Assembly (NCBI GenBank): GCA_963706575.1 | Contig: CAVPNL010000001.1 | Coordinates: 256,001-320,000 of the forward strand | DNA from: an uncultured delta proteobacterium | GTDB taxonomy: Bacteria > Desulfobacterota > Desulfobacteria > Desulfobacterales > JAHEIW01 | Direction: 5' to 3' | DNA length: 64,000 nucleotides | Shown here: positions 9,957 through 19,400 of the stretch, in pieces | Layout: each line of letters opens with the position of its first letter | Numbering within the stretch: position 1 is the first letter of the stretch | The notes under the pieces: generated by a model | What the model was told of the DNA's origin: nothing | What the model saw: the letters and a program-made list of their open reading frames with translations, nothing else | The model's database searches: none | Position numbers and translations under genes: made by a program

Positions 9957-11141
9957 ATGAACAAAAAACTGATCGGGTTTTGTCTTGTTTTTCTGATGGC
10001 CGTGGCGATTGTCGGGCCTGATCTGATCCGGGCGGAGGAGCCCAAGGAGATCAAAATCGGTGCAACCATTGCTCTCTCGGGAAGGTTTAAAGGAATCGTC
10101 GGCACATTCGATAAATTAGGAGATGAGTGGGCCGGTATGGTGAATGAAAAAGGCGGCATCTACGTCAAAGAATACGGCAAGAAGCTGCCCATAAAATTTG
10201 AGATCTATGATGATGCCAGCAAACCGGAAAATGCCCGCAAATTTTATGAAAAGATGGCCACCGACCCCAGTATCGCCTTTTTCATGGGGCCTTTTTCCAG
10301 TTTCATTTCCAACGCGGCCATTACCGTAGCGGGCAAGCACCAGATTCCCATGCAGATGGTCTGTGCCAACGACGCCGTCCTGTTTGAAAAACCGAATTAC
10401 TGGCGCGTCGGTTCACTGGTGCCGGCGGAGGACGAGTGGGAAAGATTTGCACCCCTCTATAAGAAAAAGGGCGGGGTCAAGACCTTTGCCACTCTGACCA
10501 TGGACAACCTGCACAACAAGGGTGCCATCAAGGGGTTTGAGGCTGATTTGAAAAACAACGGATTTGAGGTGGTCTATTCCGAGATTGCGCCGCCTCCCAC
10601 TAAAAACTTCGTCCCGATGATTACCAAGCTGAGAAAAGCCAATCCGGATGTGGTCTGCATCGAGGCGCTCAGCACGGCTTTTACCATCGGCTTTCTGAAA
10701 CAAATGCGCGAGGCCGGATTTAAGCCCAAAGAGATCATCGTCGGGCATATTACCAAACATGTCATTGACGCTCTGGGGCCTTACGCCGAGAACCTTACCG
10801 GCCTGGCCTATTATTATGAGGGCGACACCCAGGATCACCAAGATTTTCTGGAGCTCGTTCGCCGGGCCGGGTTTACCTGGGGCGAATTTATGGAATCGGG
10901 CATCCGTTACTGGTCCTACACGCGAATCAAACAGACCATCGAAACGGCGGGAACCCTGGATCGTAAAAAGATTATGGAGACCATGTGGAACATGAAGTCG
11001 AAAATCCTGGGGCTGGACAACTATGTTACCAAGGAAGGATACGGCGCCTTGGGGGCCTGGCCCTGCCAGGTCCATGGGGGGGAATTCGTCTCCATCTGGC
11101 CTATGGATAGAGCGTTGAAGCTTCATAAATTCAGGCAATAA
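9957..11141 (+). CDS. livK: Liv-type ABC transporter substrate-binding protein
   Basis: Signal peptide, IKIGATIALSG...VNEKGGIYV, YDDAS; RBS AAGGAGG before ATG 9957. Confidence 0.88.
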   Translation: MNKKLIGFCLVFLMAVAIVGPDLIRAEEPKEIKIGATIALSGRFKGIVGTFDKLGDEWAGMVNEKGGIYVKEYGKKLPIKFEIYDDASKPENARKFYEKMATDPSIAFFMGPFSSFISNAAITVAGKHQIPMQMVCANDAVLFEKPNYWRVGSLVPAEDEWERFAPLYKKKGGVKTFATLTMDNLHNKGAIKGFEADLKNNGFEVVYSEIAPPPTKNFVPMITKLRKANPDVVCIEALSTAFTIGFLKQMREAGFKPKEIIVGHITKHVIDALGPYAENLTGLAYYYEGDTQDHQDFLELVRRAGFTWGEFMESGIRYWSYTRIKQTIETAGTLDRKKIMETMWNMKSKILGLDNYVTKEGYGALGAWPCQVHGGEFVSIWPMDRALKLHKFRQ

Positions 11142-11175
11142 TAATCTTTACGATAAACCCAAAAGCTGAAATTCC

Positions 11176-12036
11176 ATGGAAATAGCGATTCAACTGGTTA
11201 TTGCCGGAATTCTTCAGGGAGGGGTCTATGCCCTGGCGGCCTTTGGCCTCTCCCTGATTTTCGGCGTGAGCGACGTATTGAATCTGGCCCACGGCGAATT
11301 TTTAATGCTGGGGGGATTGTTTACCTTTTTGCTCTTCTCCGCCACAGGGCTAAATCCCTTCCTCATCGGCCTGATGATGGTGCCCTTCGCCTTTTGTCTG
11401 GGCTATATTTTTGACCGTTTCCTGATGCGGCCCCTGGCCAACAAAAAAGAACACATTCGACTGATGTCCTCCATTCTGGTGACCCTGGGGGCCGCGTTAT
11501 TTATCGAAGACGTCACCTCTTTCCTGGCCGGCGCCGAGGAAAAGGGTGTGGATTATACCCTGCCGTCCTTTTTTTGGGGGGATATTTACATCTCCTATCT
11601 CCGGTTGCTGGCCATGGTGATGATTGCCGCACTGACGGTGGGGATCCACTATTACCTGAAGAAAACCTATACCGGGCGTGCCTTACGGGCGACCACCCAA
11701 AATATCCGCGGCGCCATGCTGGTCGGTGTGGATACCTACCGGATTCGGTCGGTTACCTTTGGCATCGGTTCCGTGCTGGCCAGCATTGCCGGCGTTTTTT
11801 ATGTCGTGCTTCTGTCCATTGCGCCGGACATGGGCTTGGGCGTAACCATTAAATACCTTTGCATCATTGTGCTGGGGGGGTTGGGAAGTTTGATCGGTTC
11901 CCTGGTGGGCGGCCTTATTCTGGGTCTGACGGAATCCGTTGTGAGTTATTATACTCCCCACTGGGGCCAAACGGCGGCTTTTCTGATTCTGGTCCTGATT
12001 TTATTGATTCGGCCAAAGGGGCTTTTTGGAAAATAA
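11176..12036 (+). CDS. livH: Liv-type ABC permease
   Basis: YALAAFGLSLIFGVSDVLNLAHGE, GRALRA, VLGGLGS, RPKGLFG. Confidence 0.93.
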   Translation: MEIAIQLVIAGILQGGVYALAAFGLSLIFGVSDVLNLAHGEFLMLGGLFTFLLFSATGLNPFLIGLMMVPFAFCLGYIFDRFLMRPLANKKEHIRLMSSILVTLGAALFIEDVTSFLAGAEEKGVDYTLPSFFWGDIYISYLRLLAMVMIAALTVGIHYYLKKTYTGRALRATTQNIRGAMLVGVDTYRIRSVTFGIGSVLASIAGVFYVVLLSIAPDMGLGVTIKYLCIIVLGGLGSLIGSLVGGLILGLTESVVSYYTPHWGQTAAFLILVLILLIRPKGLFGK

Positions 12037-12083
12037 AGCCGCAACCGATACCTTGTGAAGTGTGAGTGTTTTGGGAGATCCGT

Positions 12084-13007
12084 ATGAATCGTATCATTCC
12101 GGGGCTTGTGCTGGTGTTTTTTCTCATATTTCCAGTTTTCAATATGCCCTATTTGAATACCTTTCTCATCATCCTGTTCATGTATGTTCTGCTGGCCGAG
12201 AGCTATGACCTGCTGGGCGGTTATACCGGCTACATCAATATGGGTCATATCGCTTTTTTCGGTATCGGCGCTTACACCTTCGGTATACTCTGGAATAAGG
12301 GCCTTCCCCTTTATCTTTCTTTTCTGGCAGGTACCCTGGCAGCCGTCATCTTTGCCATTCTCATCAGTTTCCCTTTTTTCAGGTTGCGCGGCGCCTACTT
12401 TTCGCTGGCTGCTTTTGCCCTGGTCAAACTCATGGAACATCTGACGTTGAACCTGTCATCGATCACCCATGGCTCTGACGGTTTGAAGGTGCTTGAAGGC
12501 AACCGCATGATTCCGATGTATTACCTTTCATTGCTGATGGTGATTGCTGTAATCGCGGTCAGCTATTTTATCACACGCTCCCGGCTGGGTCTGGCCATGG
12601 CCTCCGTGCGGGAGGAGGAAGCGATCGCTTTTGATTTCGGTGTGCCGGTTCAGCGCATCAAAACCACGGCCATGGTCATATCGGCCTCATTTGCCGGACT
12701 TATGGGCGGTTTTTACACCTGGTATACGATCTTTATCAACCCTTCCATGGTTTTTGGCACTGATATCGCTCTGATGCCGGTGGCCATGGCGATGTTAGGG
12801 GGGTCCGGCGTCATTATCGGGCCGGTGATAGGGGCTGTTTTTCTTTTAATCGTAGAGGAAACCCTCTGGACGCGCTTTGCCTACCTGCATACGGCGGCTT
12901 ACGGCCTTGTCATTCTTTGTGTGGGCCTCTTTATGCCGGGAGGGCTCGTTCGGCTGGGGCCGATACGTCGATTTCTGATTAGAATCGGTTTATTCAACGA
13001 ACTTTAG
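12084..13007 (+). CDS. livM: Liv-type ABC permease
   Basis: GYTGYINMGH, RLRGAYF, SRLGLAM, MPGGL; the start could alternatively be 12066. Confidence 0.92.
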   Translation: MNRIIPGLVLVFFLIFPVFNMPYLNTFLIILFMYVLLAESYDLLGGYTGYINMGHIAFFGIGAYTFGILWNKGLPLYLSFLAGTLAAVIFAILISFPFFRLRGAYFSLAAFALVKLMEHLTLNLSSITHGSDGLKVLEGNRMIPMYYLSLLMVIAVIAVSYFITRSRLGLAMASVREEEAIAFDFGVPVQRIKTTAMVISASFAGLMGGFYTWYTIFINPSMVFGTDIALMPVAMAMLGGSGVIIGPVIGAVFLLIVEETLWTRFAYLHTAAYGLVILCVGLFMPGGLVRLGPIRRFLIRIGLFNEL

Positions 13008-13028
13008 GCACTCTAAGTAAGTAATTTT

Positions 13029-13131
13029 TTACCACAGAGAACACAGAGACCGCAGAGTTTTGTTTTTGGGATATTTTTTAAATACATAATTTTATAGTTC
13101 ATCTCTGTGTACTCTGTGAGCTCTGTGGTAA
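13029..13131. repeat. Inverted array of 9-mers (CACAGAGAA / CTCTGTG)
   Basis: ACCACAGAGAACACAGAGACCGCAGAG ... CTCTGTGTACTCTGTGAGCTCTGTGGT flanking an AT-rich spacer. Confidence 0.7.
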
Positions 13132-13155
13132 GTTAAAATCAAAAGGATATTAAAG

Positions 13156-13899
13156 ATGTTGGTGGTGGAAGAGCTGGGCAAGACCTTTGGCGGACTCACG
13201 GCCTTGTTCGGCATCGATTTTGAGGTTGAAAAAGACAGCATTACCGGGATTATCGGGCCCAATGGAGCCGGCAAAACCACGATGTTTAACCTGATCAGCG
13301 GCACCTTTCTGCCCACTTCCGGCAACATCCGGTTTAAAGGCCAGGATATTACCAAAATGAGGTCTGATAAAGTCTGCCGCCTGGGCATATCGCGTACCTA
13401 TCAAAACGCAAAACCTTTTGAGGCCCTTTCAGTCCTGCAAAACGTTCTCATTGGTATCTTTTACGGAAGAAAGGACAAGTCGGACATCAAAACGGCAAAA
13501 TCCGAGGCCATGGACATCCTTCGATTTCTTGATCTGGAAAGCGATGCGGAAGCCCTGGCCGACCAATTGTCCCCTTTAAACAAAAAGCGCCTTGAACTGG
13601 CCCGGGCCCTGGGCACCCAACCCGAGCTGTTGCTGCTGGATGAAATCGCTGCCGGGCTGATACCGGCCGAGACCCTTCAAATGATGGAAACCATTCAACA
13701 GATCCGCTCCCGGGGCATTACGATCTTGATGATCGAACACATTATGAAGGCGGTCATGGATCTTTCCGATCAGGTAATCGTGCTCAACTATGGCGTTAAA
13801 ATCGCGGAAGGCAAGCCGCAGGAGGTCTCCTCCGATCCCAAGGTAATCGAAGCTTACCTTGGCGAAAAAGAAGAGGCGCAGAAGGAAGAAGGTCAATAA
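13156..13899 (+). CDS. livG: Liv-type ABC ATP-binding protein
   Basis: GPNGAGKTT, LLLDE, IEH, EAYLG. Confidence 0.94.
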   Translation: MLVVEELGKTFGGLTALFGIDFEVEKDSITGIIGPNGAGKTTMFNLISGTFLPTSGNIRFKGQDITKMRSDKVCRLGISRTYQNAKPFEALSVLQNVLIGIFYGRKDKSDIKTAKSEAMDILRFLDLESDAEALADQLSPLNKKRLELARALGTQPELLLLDEIAAGLIPAETLQMMETIQQIRSRGITILMIEHIMKAVMDLSDQVIVLNYGVKIAEGKPQEVSSDPKVIEAYLGEKEEAQKEEGQ

Positions 13900-13924
13900 A
13901 GGCCAAGAATACGGGGTCATTATC

Positions 13925-14629
13925 GTGTTAGAGATTAACGGGCTTAACGTATTTTACGGAGACTACCAGGCGCTGTTTGATATTCAGGCAACGGTGGAGT
14001 CCGGTGAAATCGTATCGCTGCTGGGTGCAAACGGCGCCGGCAAGACGACCACCATTAATACGGTTTGCGGATTCATTCGACCCAAGACCGGTACCATCCG
14101 TTTTGAGGACCGCAAGATTCATCGATTGTCGGCAAACAAAATTGTCGAAAAAGGATTGATTCAAATCCCCGAAGAGCGGATGCTCTTTTCTGACATGACG
14201 GTTCTGGAGAACCTGCAAATGGGGGCCTATCTCGGCCGTGCCAGAGAAAAACTGGCAGATTCCCTGGCTTGGGTATATGGTCTTTTTCCGATTTTAAAGA
14301 CGCGGCAGTCTCAATTGGCCGGTACCCTCAGCGGCGGCGAACAACAGATGCTGGCAATCGGCAGGGGATTGATGTCCCTACCCAGGCTGCTGATTTTGGA
14401 TGAGCCTTCATTGGGTTTGGCCCCCATGCTGGTAGCGGAGGTCTTCCAGGTAATCCATAAAATTAATCAGGAGGGGGTTGCGATTCTGCTGGTTGAGCAA
14501 AACGCCCATCAGAGCCTCAAAATTTCCAACCGGGCCTATCTATTGGAAAACGGCTCCATCGCCATGGAAGGCAAGGCCTCCGAGCTTCTGGAAACGGATT
14601 ATATTCGCGAATCCTATCTGGGGATCTGA
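13925..14629 (+). CDS. livF: Liv-type ABC ATP-binding protein
   Basis: GANGAGKTT, LSGGEQQM, DEPSLGLAP, VEQN; GTG start at 13925 inferred. Confidence 0.93.
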   Translation: MLEINGLNVFYGDYQALFDIQATVESGEIVSLLGANGAGKTTTINTVCGFIRPKTGTIRFEDRKIHRLSANKIVEKGLIQIPEERMLFSDMTVLENLQMGAYLGRAREKLADSLAWVYGLFPILKTRQSQLAGTLSGGEQQMLAIGRGLMSLPRLLILDEPSLGLAPMLVAEVFQVIHKINQEGVAILLVEQNAHQSLKISNRAYLLENGSIAMEGKASELLETDYIRESYLGI

Positions 14630-14725
14630 TCTCACACTGATCTCTCCAGAACCCATCTGTCTTTTCCTGTACCCTCATTTTTGTTCAGTACGAATTCAAT
14701 TTGTCTCCCCAAATATGGGATCAGT

Positions 14726-14971
14726 AGGTTTCAGGTGCCAGGAGAAAGATGATAGGGTGACAGAAAACAGAGGGTTTGGAGGGGTTTTAGACTAAAGTTT
14801 TACATGAAAATTATAATTCTAACTAATTGTAAATAAAATATAAAATAATATAATAAAATAGGGTAGGGTGCTGGGCCGACCCAGGTCAAGCGGGCGCGGA
14901 GGCCCGCACGACTTCTGGCTATCAACTACTGACTTCTGAAAACTGAGACCTGACACCTGAACACTGACACC
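14726..14971. repeat. Inverted 7-mer array (CAGGTGT/CCTGACA family) enclosing a GTAG-headed palindrome
   Basis: GGTTTCAGGTGCCAGG ... CTGAGACCTGACACCTGAACACTGACACC; the same family occurs at 28630-28719. Confidence 0.55.
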
Positions 14972-14990
14972 CATCCGAAGGGTACAAGAA

Positions 14991-15562
14991 ATGAACAAAA
15001 AAGCGGTTACCAAGAACAATCATTATTTTTTAAAAGAACTGGAGACGTTGTCCCTTGATGCGCTAAAGAATCTTCAGTTTGAAAAGACAAAGCAAACGCT
15101 GGAACGGGCCTATCATAAAAGTGATTTCTACCGGCGGCGGTTTGATGAAAGCGGGGTAAAGCCGGATGATTTCAAAACCCTTGAAGACATTGCGCGATTC
15201 CCTTTTATCGATAAGATGACATGATTAAAATCAAAGCCAGCAACGTCTGGCCCCAGACTGTCGACGAGGCCGTATTTTCATTTGATGAGATCGAGGAATA
15301 TAACGGTCGGGTGTTTATCGATGAAAACGGCCAGGAAGTGGCCCGGGTCAGCCTGGAGTTTAAGAAAACGGGGCTGGATGACTCAGCCAAAGCGGCCATT
15401 CTGCACCGGCTGGCGGCAAAAATCAAAGAAATGACCCAGGTGTCCATGGCACCGGAAGAAGTCCCTTACGGCACCCTGCCGCGGTTTGAATATAAGGTGC
15501 GCCGCTGGACCGATGAGCGCATTGAAGGCCTGGAACGGATCAAATATATCGAGAAGAAATGA
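14991..15562 (+). pseudogene. PaaK-family CoA ligase remnant with a large internal deletion
   Basis: The N-terminal ~75 aa (ELETLSLDALKNLQ...FPFIDK) is joined out of frame at ~15216 to the C-terminal domain (DDMIKIKASNVWP...LPRFEYKVRR); the whole adenylation core is missing. Confidence 0.85.
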
Positions 15563-15592
15563 TCGAAAGACACAACCGTCGATTGTGTGGAT

Positions 15593-16507
15593 TCAGGCCA
15601 AAGGCGGCGGTGGGGGCGGCAGCTCACCGCGCTCCAGGGCCTCCCGGGCGGCCTTTACCGGTATGCCTGCTTCACAGGGCACAGCCACCTGGCACAGCCC
15701 GCAGCCATAGCCTTCGAACTTGTAAGTCTTTTTGACATATTCTCTGGAGCGAGCCAGGTGCTGCCGGCACTTCTCCTTGTCGTGGCCGGCCTCGGTAATT
15801 GCCCGGACCGGGCAGCGATCAATACATTTGCCGCAGGTTCCATTATCGAAATAGAGGCAATAGGCCCGGTGGTCTGAATACGGTCGGGGAGTTGCCTCAA
15901 TGGATATCCTGGCCACTACCGATCCGACCCGCATGGCTTTGCCCTTTGCGGTGATGAGCCCATCGCACAGACCGAAAGTGCCCAGGCCGGCCGCATGGGC
16001 GGCATGGCGTTCGGACCAGGAAGAGGCATAGGAAAAGCGGTTAGACTTGACGATGGTCCAGTTGGAAACGAGCATCGGAGCGATGGCGGCATGGCCGGCC
16101 TGTTCGAGGCTTTTGGCCACGTGCCGGCGCAGGGCGGCGTTGAATTCCTCGCCGTAGATCCGGATCCGGGCCCATTCTTCGGCTGGATATTTCTTCGGCT
16201 TGCGGTTCGCCTTGCGGACCAGCTCTCGCTGGGGCAAAACCCAAGAAATCACGGTGAGCTCTTCAGCGCCGGCTGATTCTTCCGGGCAGTGCTGGTTGAA
16301 GACCTCCCAGGGGGTCCAGTGGAAGGCCCCAACATATTCCTTGTACTGCTGCCAGATCGTGTCCGCACCGGAGGCGAATCCCACCAGAACATCGTCCCAT
16401 GCCGGTTCCTCAGTTGTGTTTTTCATCGTGTTGGAGGGTGAAGTAGCGATGAAATCTCCGATCAGATCTTTTATCCAGTCTCCCGAAATATTGGTGCTGT
16501 TTTTCAC
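15593..16507 (-). CDS. Epoxyqueuosine-reductase/reductive-dehalogenase-superfamily 4Fe-4S protein (QueG-like, short form)
   Basis: WSERHAAHAAGLGTFG, CGKCIDRCP, CGLCQVAVPC. Confidence 0.8.
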   Translation of the reverse strand: MKNSTNISGDWIKDLIGDFIATSPSNTMKNTTEEPAWDDVLVGFASGADTIWQQYKEYVGAFHWTPWEVFNQHCPEESAGAEELTVISWVLPQRELVRKANRKPKKYPAEEWARIRIYGEEFNAALRRHVAKSLEQAGHAAIAPMLVSNWTIVKSNRFSYASSWSERHAAHAAGLGTFGLCDGLITAKGKAMRVGSVVARISIEATPRPYSDHRAYCLYFDNGTCGKCIDRCPVRAITEAGHDKEKCRQHLARSREYVKKTYKFEGYGCGLCQVAVPCEAGIPVKAAREALERGELPPPPPPLA

Positions 16508-16702
16508 TTAAAACCTCCCATTTCCATTATCGAATAGCAGTCCATGTGAATGTTATTGGATGCCTGATTTTTTTAACAATAAATATTGGCGTCGTCAATT
16601 ATAAGAAATCAAATTCGCAAATGGTTAATGTGATTTGCGTTGACTTTTCGTAACAATTATCTGAAAGTTAAGCCTCATCTAACATTAGCTGCGGAGGCTT
16701 TA

Positions 16703-17899
16703 ATGAAAATTACCGTATTGGGAGCTGCCGGAAAGATGGCTCCCGGGGTTATTCGAGATCTGGCGGAAGCACCGGAAGTAAAGGAAATTGTGCTGGTCGA
16801 CCTGGCGTCGACCCGGCCGGTCCTCGAGCAAAGAGCCAGTGACTGGGGCAACAACAAAGCGACAGCGGTCTTTGCCGACATCACCGATTCGGAGTCTCTT
16901 CGGGGAGCAATTCGTGGCAGTAACGCGCTGGCCAATTGCACCATCTACTATTTCAATCTTCAGGTGATGGAAGCCTGTCTGGCCGAAGACGTGCATTATG
17001 TCGATATGGGCGGATTGTTTCATGTCTCTCGCAAACAAATGCCCCTCTCAGATCAATGGAAAGCCAAGGACCTGACCGCCGTGCTGGGCATGGGCAGCGC
17101 TCCGGGAATCGTTAATGTGATGAGCCGATATGCGGTCGATCGTCTGGATACCGTAGAATCAATTCATATTCGTGACGGTATCGTCAACCGGGCCAAATCG
17201 GATACCCCTCTGGCGATTCCTTATGCACTGGGAACGCTTCTCGATGAGTTTATCATGAATCCCTATATTTTTGAAAATGGAGAATGGAAAGAGGTTCATC
17301 CCTTTTCCGGGTCGCAGGATATCGATTTTCCGCCACCGGTGGGCACCCAGACCGTTTACTGCACCCTGCATTCTGAAGAAGCGACTATCCCCGTGACATT
17401 TAAACCCAAAGGGCTTAAGCATATGACCTTCAAGCTCGCCCTGCCAAAAGCCTTTGATGAAAAATTAAGATTTCTGGTGGCCCTGGGATTAGGCTCCAAA
17501 GAGCCGGTTAAAATGGGTGATATTGCGGTGGTTCCCAGGGATTTTCTGGTGGCCATCACCGACCGTTTGTCGAAATCTGCGGCCAAACCGGCGGACCACA
17601 AGGTGCTGCGGGTTGACGTCAGCGGTGAAAAAGACGGCCAATCGCGGGATATCCGGGTCGAAATGATCTGCAACCCTTACGCGCCGTGGGATATGGGGAC
17701 AGGACCGCATTCAGTGGGCGTTCCGGTGGGCGTCACATGTCGCATGCTGGGATCCGGCATCATCACCCAACGCGGGGCCCTGCCGGCCGAGGCCTGCGTC
17801 CCGCCGGAGCCGTTTTTTAAATTGCTGGCGGAAAGAAATCTGCATACCGCCGTGATGGTCAAGCATTTTTTGAATTCGGAATCCGTGAAGGCACAATGA
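16703..17899 (+). CDS. Saccharopine dehydrogenase-family oxidoreductase
   Basis: VLGAAGKM, HYVDMGG, LGMGSAPG, LHSEEAT; RBS GGAGG before ATG 16703. Confidence 0.88.
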   Translation: MKITVLGAAGKMAPGVIRDLAEAPEVKEIVLVDLASTRPVLEQRASDWGNNKATAVFADITDSESLRGAIRGSNALANCTIYYFNLQVMEACLAEDVHYVDMGGLFHVSRKQMPLSDQWKAKDLTAVLGMGSAPGIVNVMSRYAVDRLDTVESIHIRDGIVNRAKSDTPLAIPYALGTLLDEFIMNPYIFENGEWKEVHPFSGSQDIDFPPPVGTQTVYCTLHSEEATIPVTFKPKGLKHMTFKLALPKAFDEKLRFLVALGLGSKEPVKMGDIAVVPRDFLVAITDRLSKSAAKPADHKVLRVDVSGEKDGQSRDIRVEMICNPYAPWDMGTGPHSVGVPVGVTCRMLGSGIITQRGALPAEACVPPEPFFKLLAERNLHTAVMVKHFLNSESVKAQ

Positions 17900-17907
17900 A
17901 ACTGTTC

Positions 17908-17947
17908 TAGAATCCAGTCTCAAAAGACATTTTTGAGATAGGTCTTA
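17908..17947. repeat. Internally deleted (TIR-only) copy of the MITE family; probable bidirectional terminator
   Basis: TAGAATCCAGTCTCAAAA-GAC-ATTTTTGAGATAGGTCTTA resembles both TIRs of 2022-2167 and lies between convergent genes. Confidence 0.6.
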
Positions 17948-19384
17948 GGTGATCGCACGATCGGCAGCTTTAACCAGATCGTCTATTTCTTTTGCCAGCT
18001 CCTCTTCTGCAACATAGCGGTTTTCGGGGTTTTTCATCGCAACGTATGCATCCTTAACTCTATCCAACAGGGTTTTCGCACCGGCGCTGTCCCAATCATC
18101 TCTGGCTGACCTAGTAAAATTAAATGGACTGAATCCGTCGCGGCAGTGCTCAAGGGTGTGGTCTATTGTCAGAAAATCCTGGCCGGGGCTGACCGTTGTC
18201 AGCGCCTCCCATGCCAGCTGGTCGTCGTCGAATTGAAACGGTGCAATGAGTCTTCTTGCCATTGCTAACATCTCGTTATCAATAATCAACTGTAGCGGAC
18301 TGACGGCCGTAGCGACCTCCAACTGGCCGACTCCGCCCAAAATATCCAAACCACAGGCGGCCATCCAGGTTGTCAGCATCGAACGTTCGCTAAACGATTG
18401 CTCGTCAATGGTGGGGGAATCGGTACCACTCCCGTAACAATGCGTTGGCAGGCCGAATTCCTTTTTAATGAATTGGACCGCCATTGATGCGCCGCGAATC
18501 GCTTCGACACTGGCTTGAAGGCTGCGGCCGGTACGCATATCCGTTGAGAAAATGATCGGGCAGGCGACCACAGGTGCTCCCGGGTTAACGACCTGGGCCA
18601 TGGCTGTTATTGCCAGTATCTCGGCAACAGCCAGCAGGACCGTACCGGGAATCGTTGCCGGTGCGGTGCCCCCTGCGCCCGGAAGGGAACAGGCATGAAT
18701 CGGAATTCCGGTCTTGGCGGCTTCAAGAATAATCTGGATGTCCATTTTTTTAAAACTTCTGGGTGTCAGTGAACATGCAATCATGCTGATGACCGGATTA
18801 TCGGCAAGTTCTTTGTATCCTCCTGCGGCTGCGGCGCCCAGCGCGATCAGGTGTTCGACACTTTCGCTGCTGTATGGCTGCACCCAGATATGCTTGGGGG
18901 TAGATTTTAATAAGGTTGCCAATGCGTGAACATCCGCTGTTTTTGTCGGAACGTCGTTGGCAAAAAGGTAGGGCAAAAAGCTAATTTCGTCCAGTTGGTT
19001 AATGAGGCCCGCCCATTGGGCGAGATCCTCGAGTGTCACCTTGCGGTAATTTCCGGTTTCAGGATCGATATACCCATGAGCACCGGTGCCGCTGCGCGCA
19101 TAGAAGGTACCGTCCGGACGCGGCAGGCGAAGAGATTTGTTCTTATCCTGGTATCCTAAAACAAATGATTTCGGCGCTTTTTCAATAAGTTTTTCAAGTA
19201 TCGATTTAGGAAATTTTACGCTGTGGTTGTCTTCATCAACCGCCAGATCTGCTTCTTGCAGGATCTTGAACATTTGCGGGTGCGGGTCTAATTTGACACC
19301 ATAAGATTCGAGTAACTCGAATACCTTTTCTTTAAGCATTTTGCGTTGTTCTGGATTTAAATAAAGAAAGTTTGAATCAATCAT
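17945..19384 (-). CDS. Trimethylamine methyltransferase (MttB) superfamily protein, non-pyrrolysine
   Basis: LIEKAPKSFVL, GGTAPATIPG, TDMRTG, FGLPTH..GTDSPTIDEQS, QLIIDNEM, DFLTIDHT. No in-frame TAG. ATG 19384 has a GGAGG RBS. Confidence 0.9.
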   Translation of the reverse strand: MIDSNFLYLNPEQRKMLKEKVFELLESYGVKLDPHPQMFKILQEADLAVDEDNHSVKFPKSILEKLIEKAPKSFVLGYQDKNKSLRLPRPDGTFYARSGTGAHGYIDPETGNYRKVTLEDLAQWAGLINQLDEISFLPYLFANDVPTKTADVHALATLLKSTPKHIWVQPYSSESVEHLIALGAAAAGGYKELADNPVISMIACSLTPRSFKKMDIQIILEAAKTGIPIHACSLPGAGGTAPATIPGTVLLAVAEILAITAMAQVVNPGAPVVACPIIFSTDMRTGRSLQASVEAIRGASMAVQFIKKEFGLPTHCYGSGTDSPTIDEQSFSERSMLTTWMAACGLDILGGVGQLEVATAVSPLQLIIDNEMLAMARRLIAPFQFDDDQLAWEALTTVSPGQDFLTIDHTLEHCRDGFSPFNFTRSARDDWDSAGAKTLLDRVKDAYVAMKNPENRYVAEEELAKEIDDLVKAADRAIT

Positions 19385-19400
19385 GTTGGGCCTCCGCTTT

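Noticed and set aside
10413..11138. 241-aa minus-strand ORF
   Set aside because: Antisense shadow of livK.
17945..19384. Pyrrolysine-containing trimethylamine methyltransferase
   Set aside because: No in-frame amber codon; the ORF is continuous, and no pyl genes are in the window.
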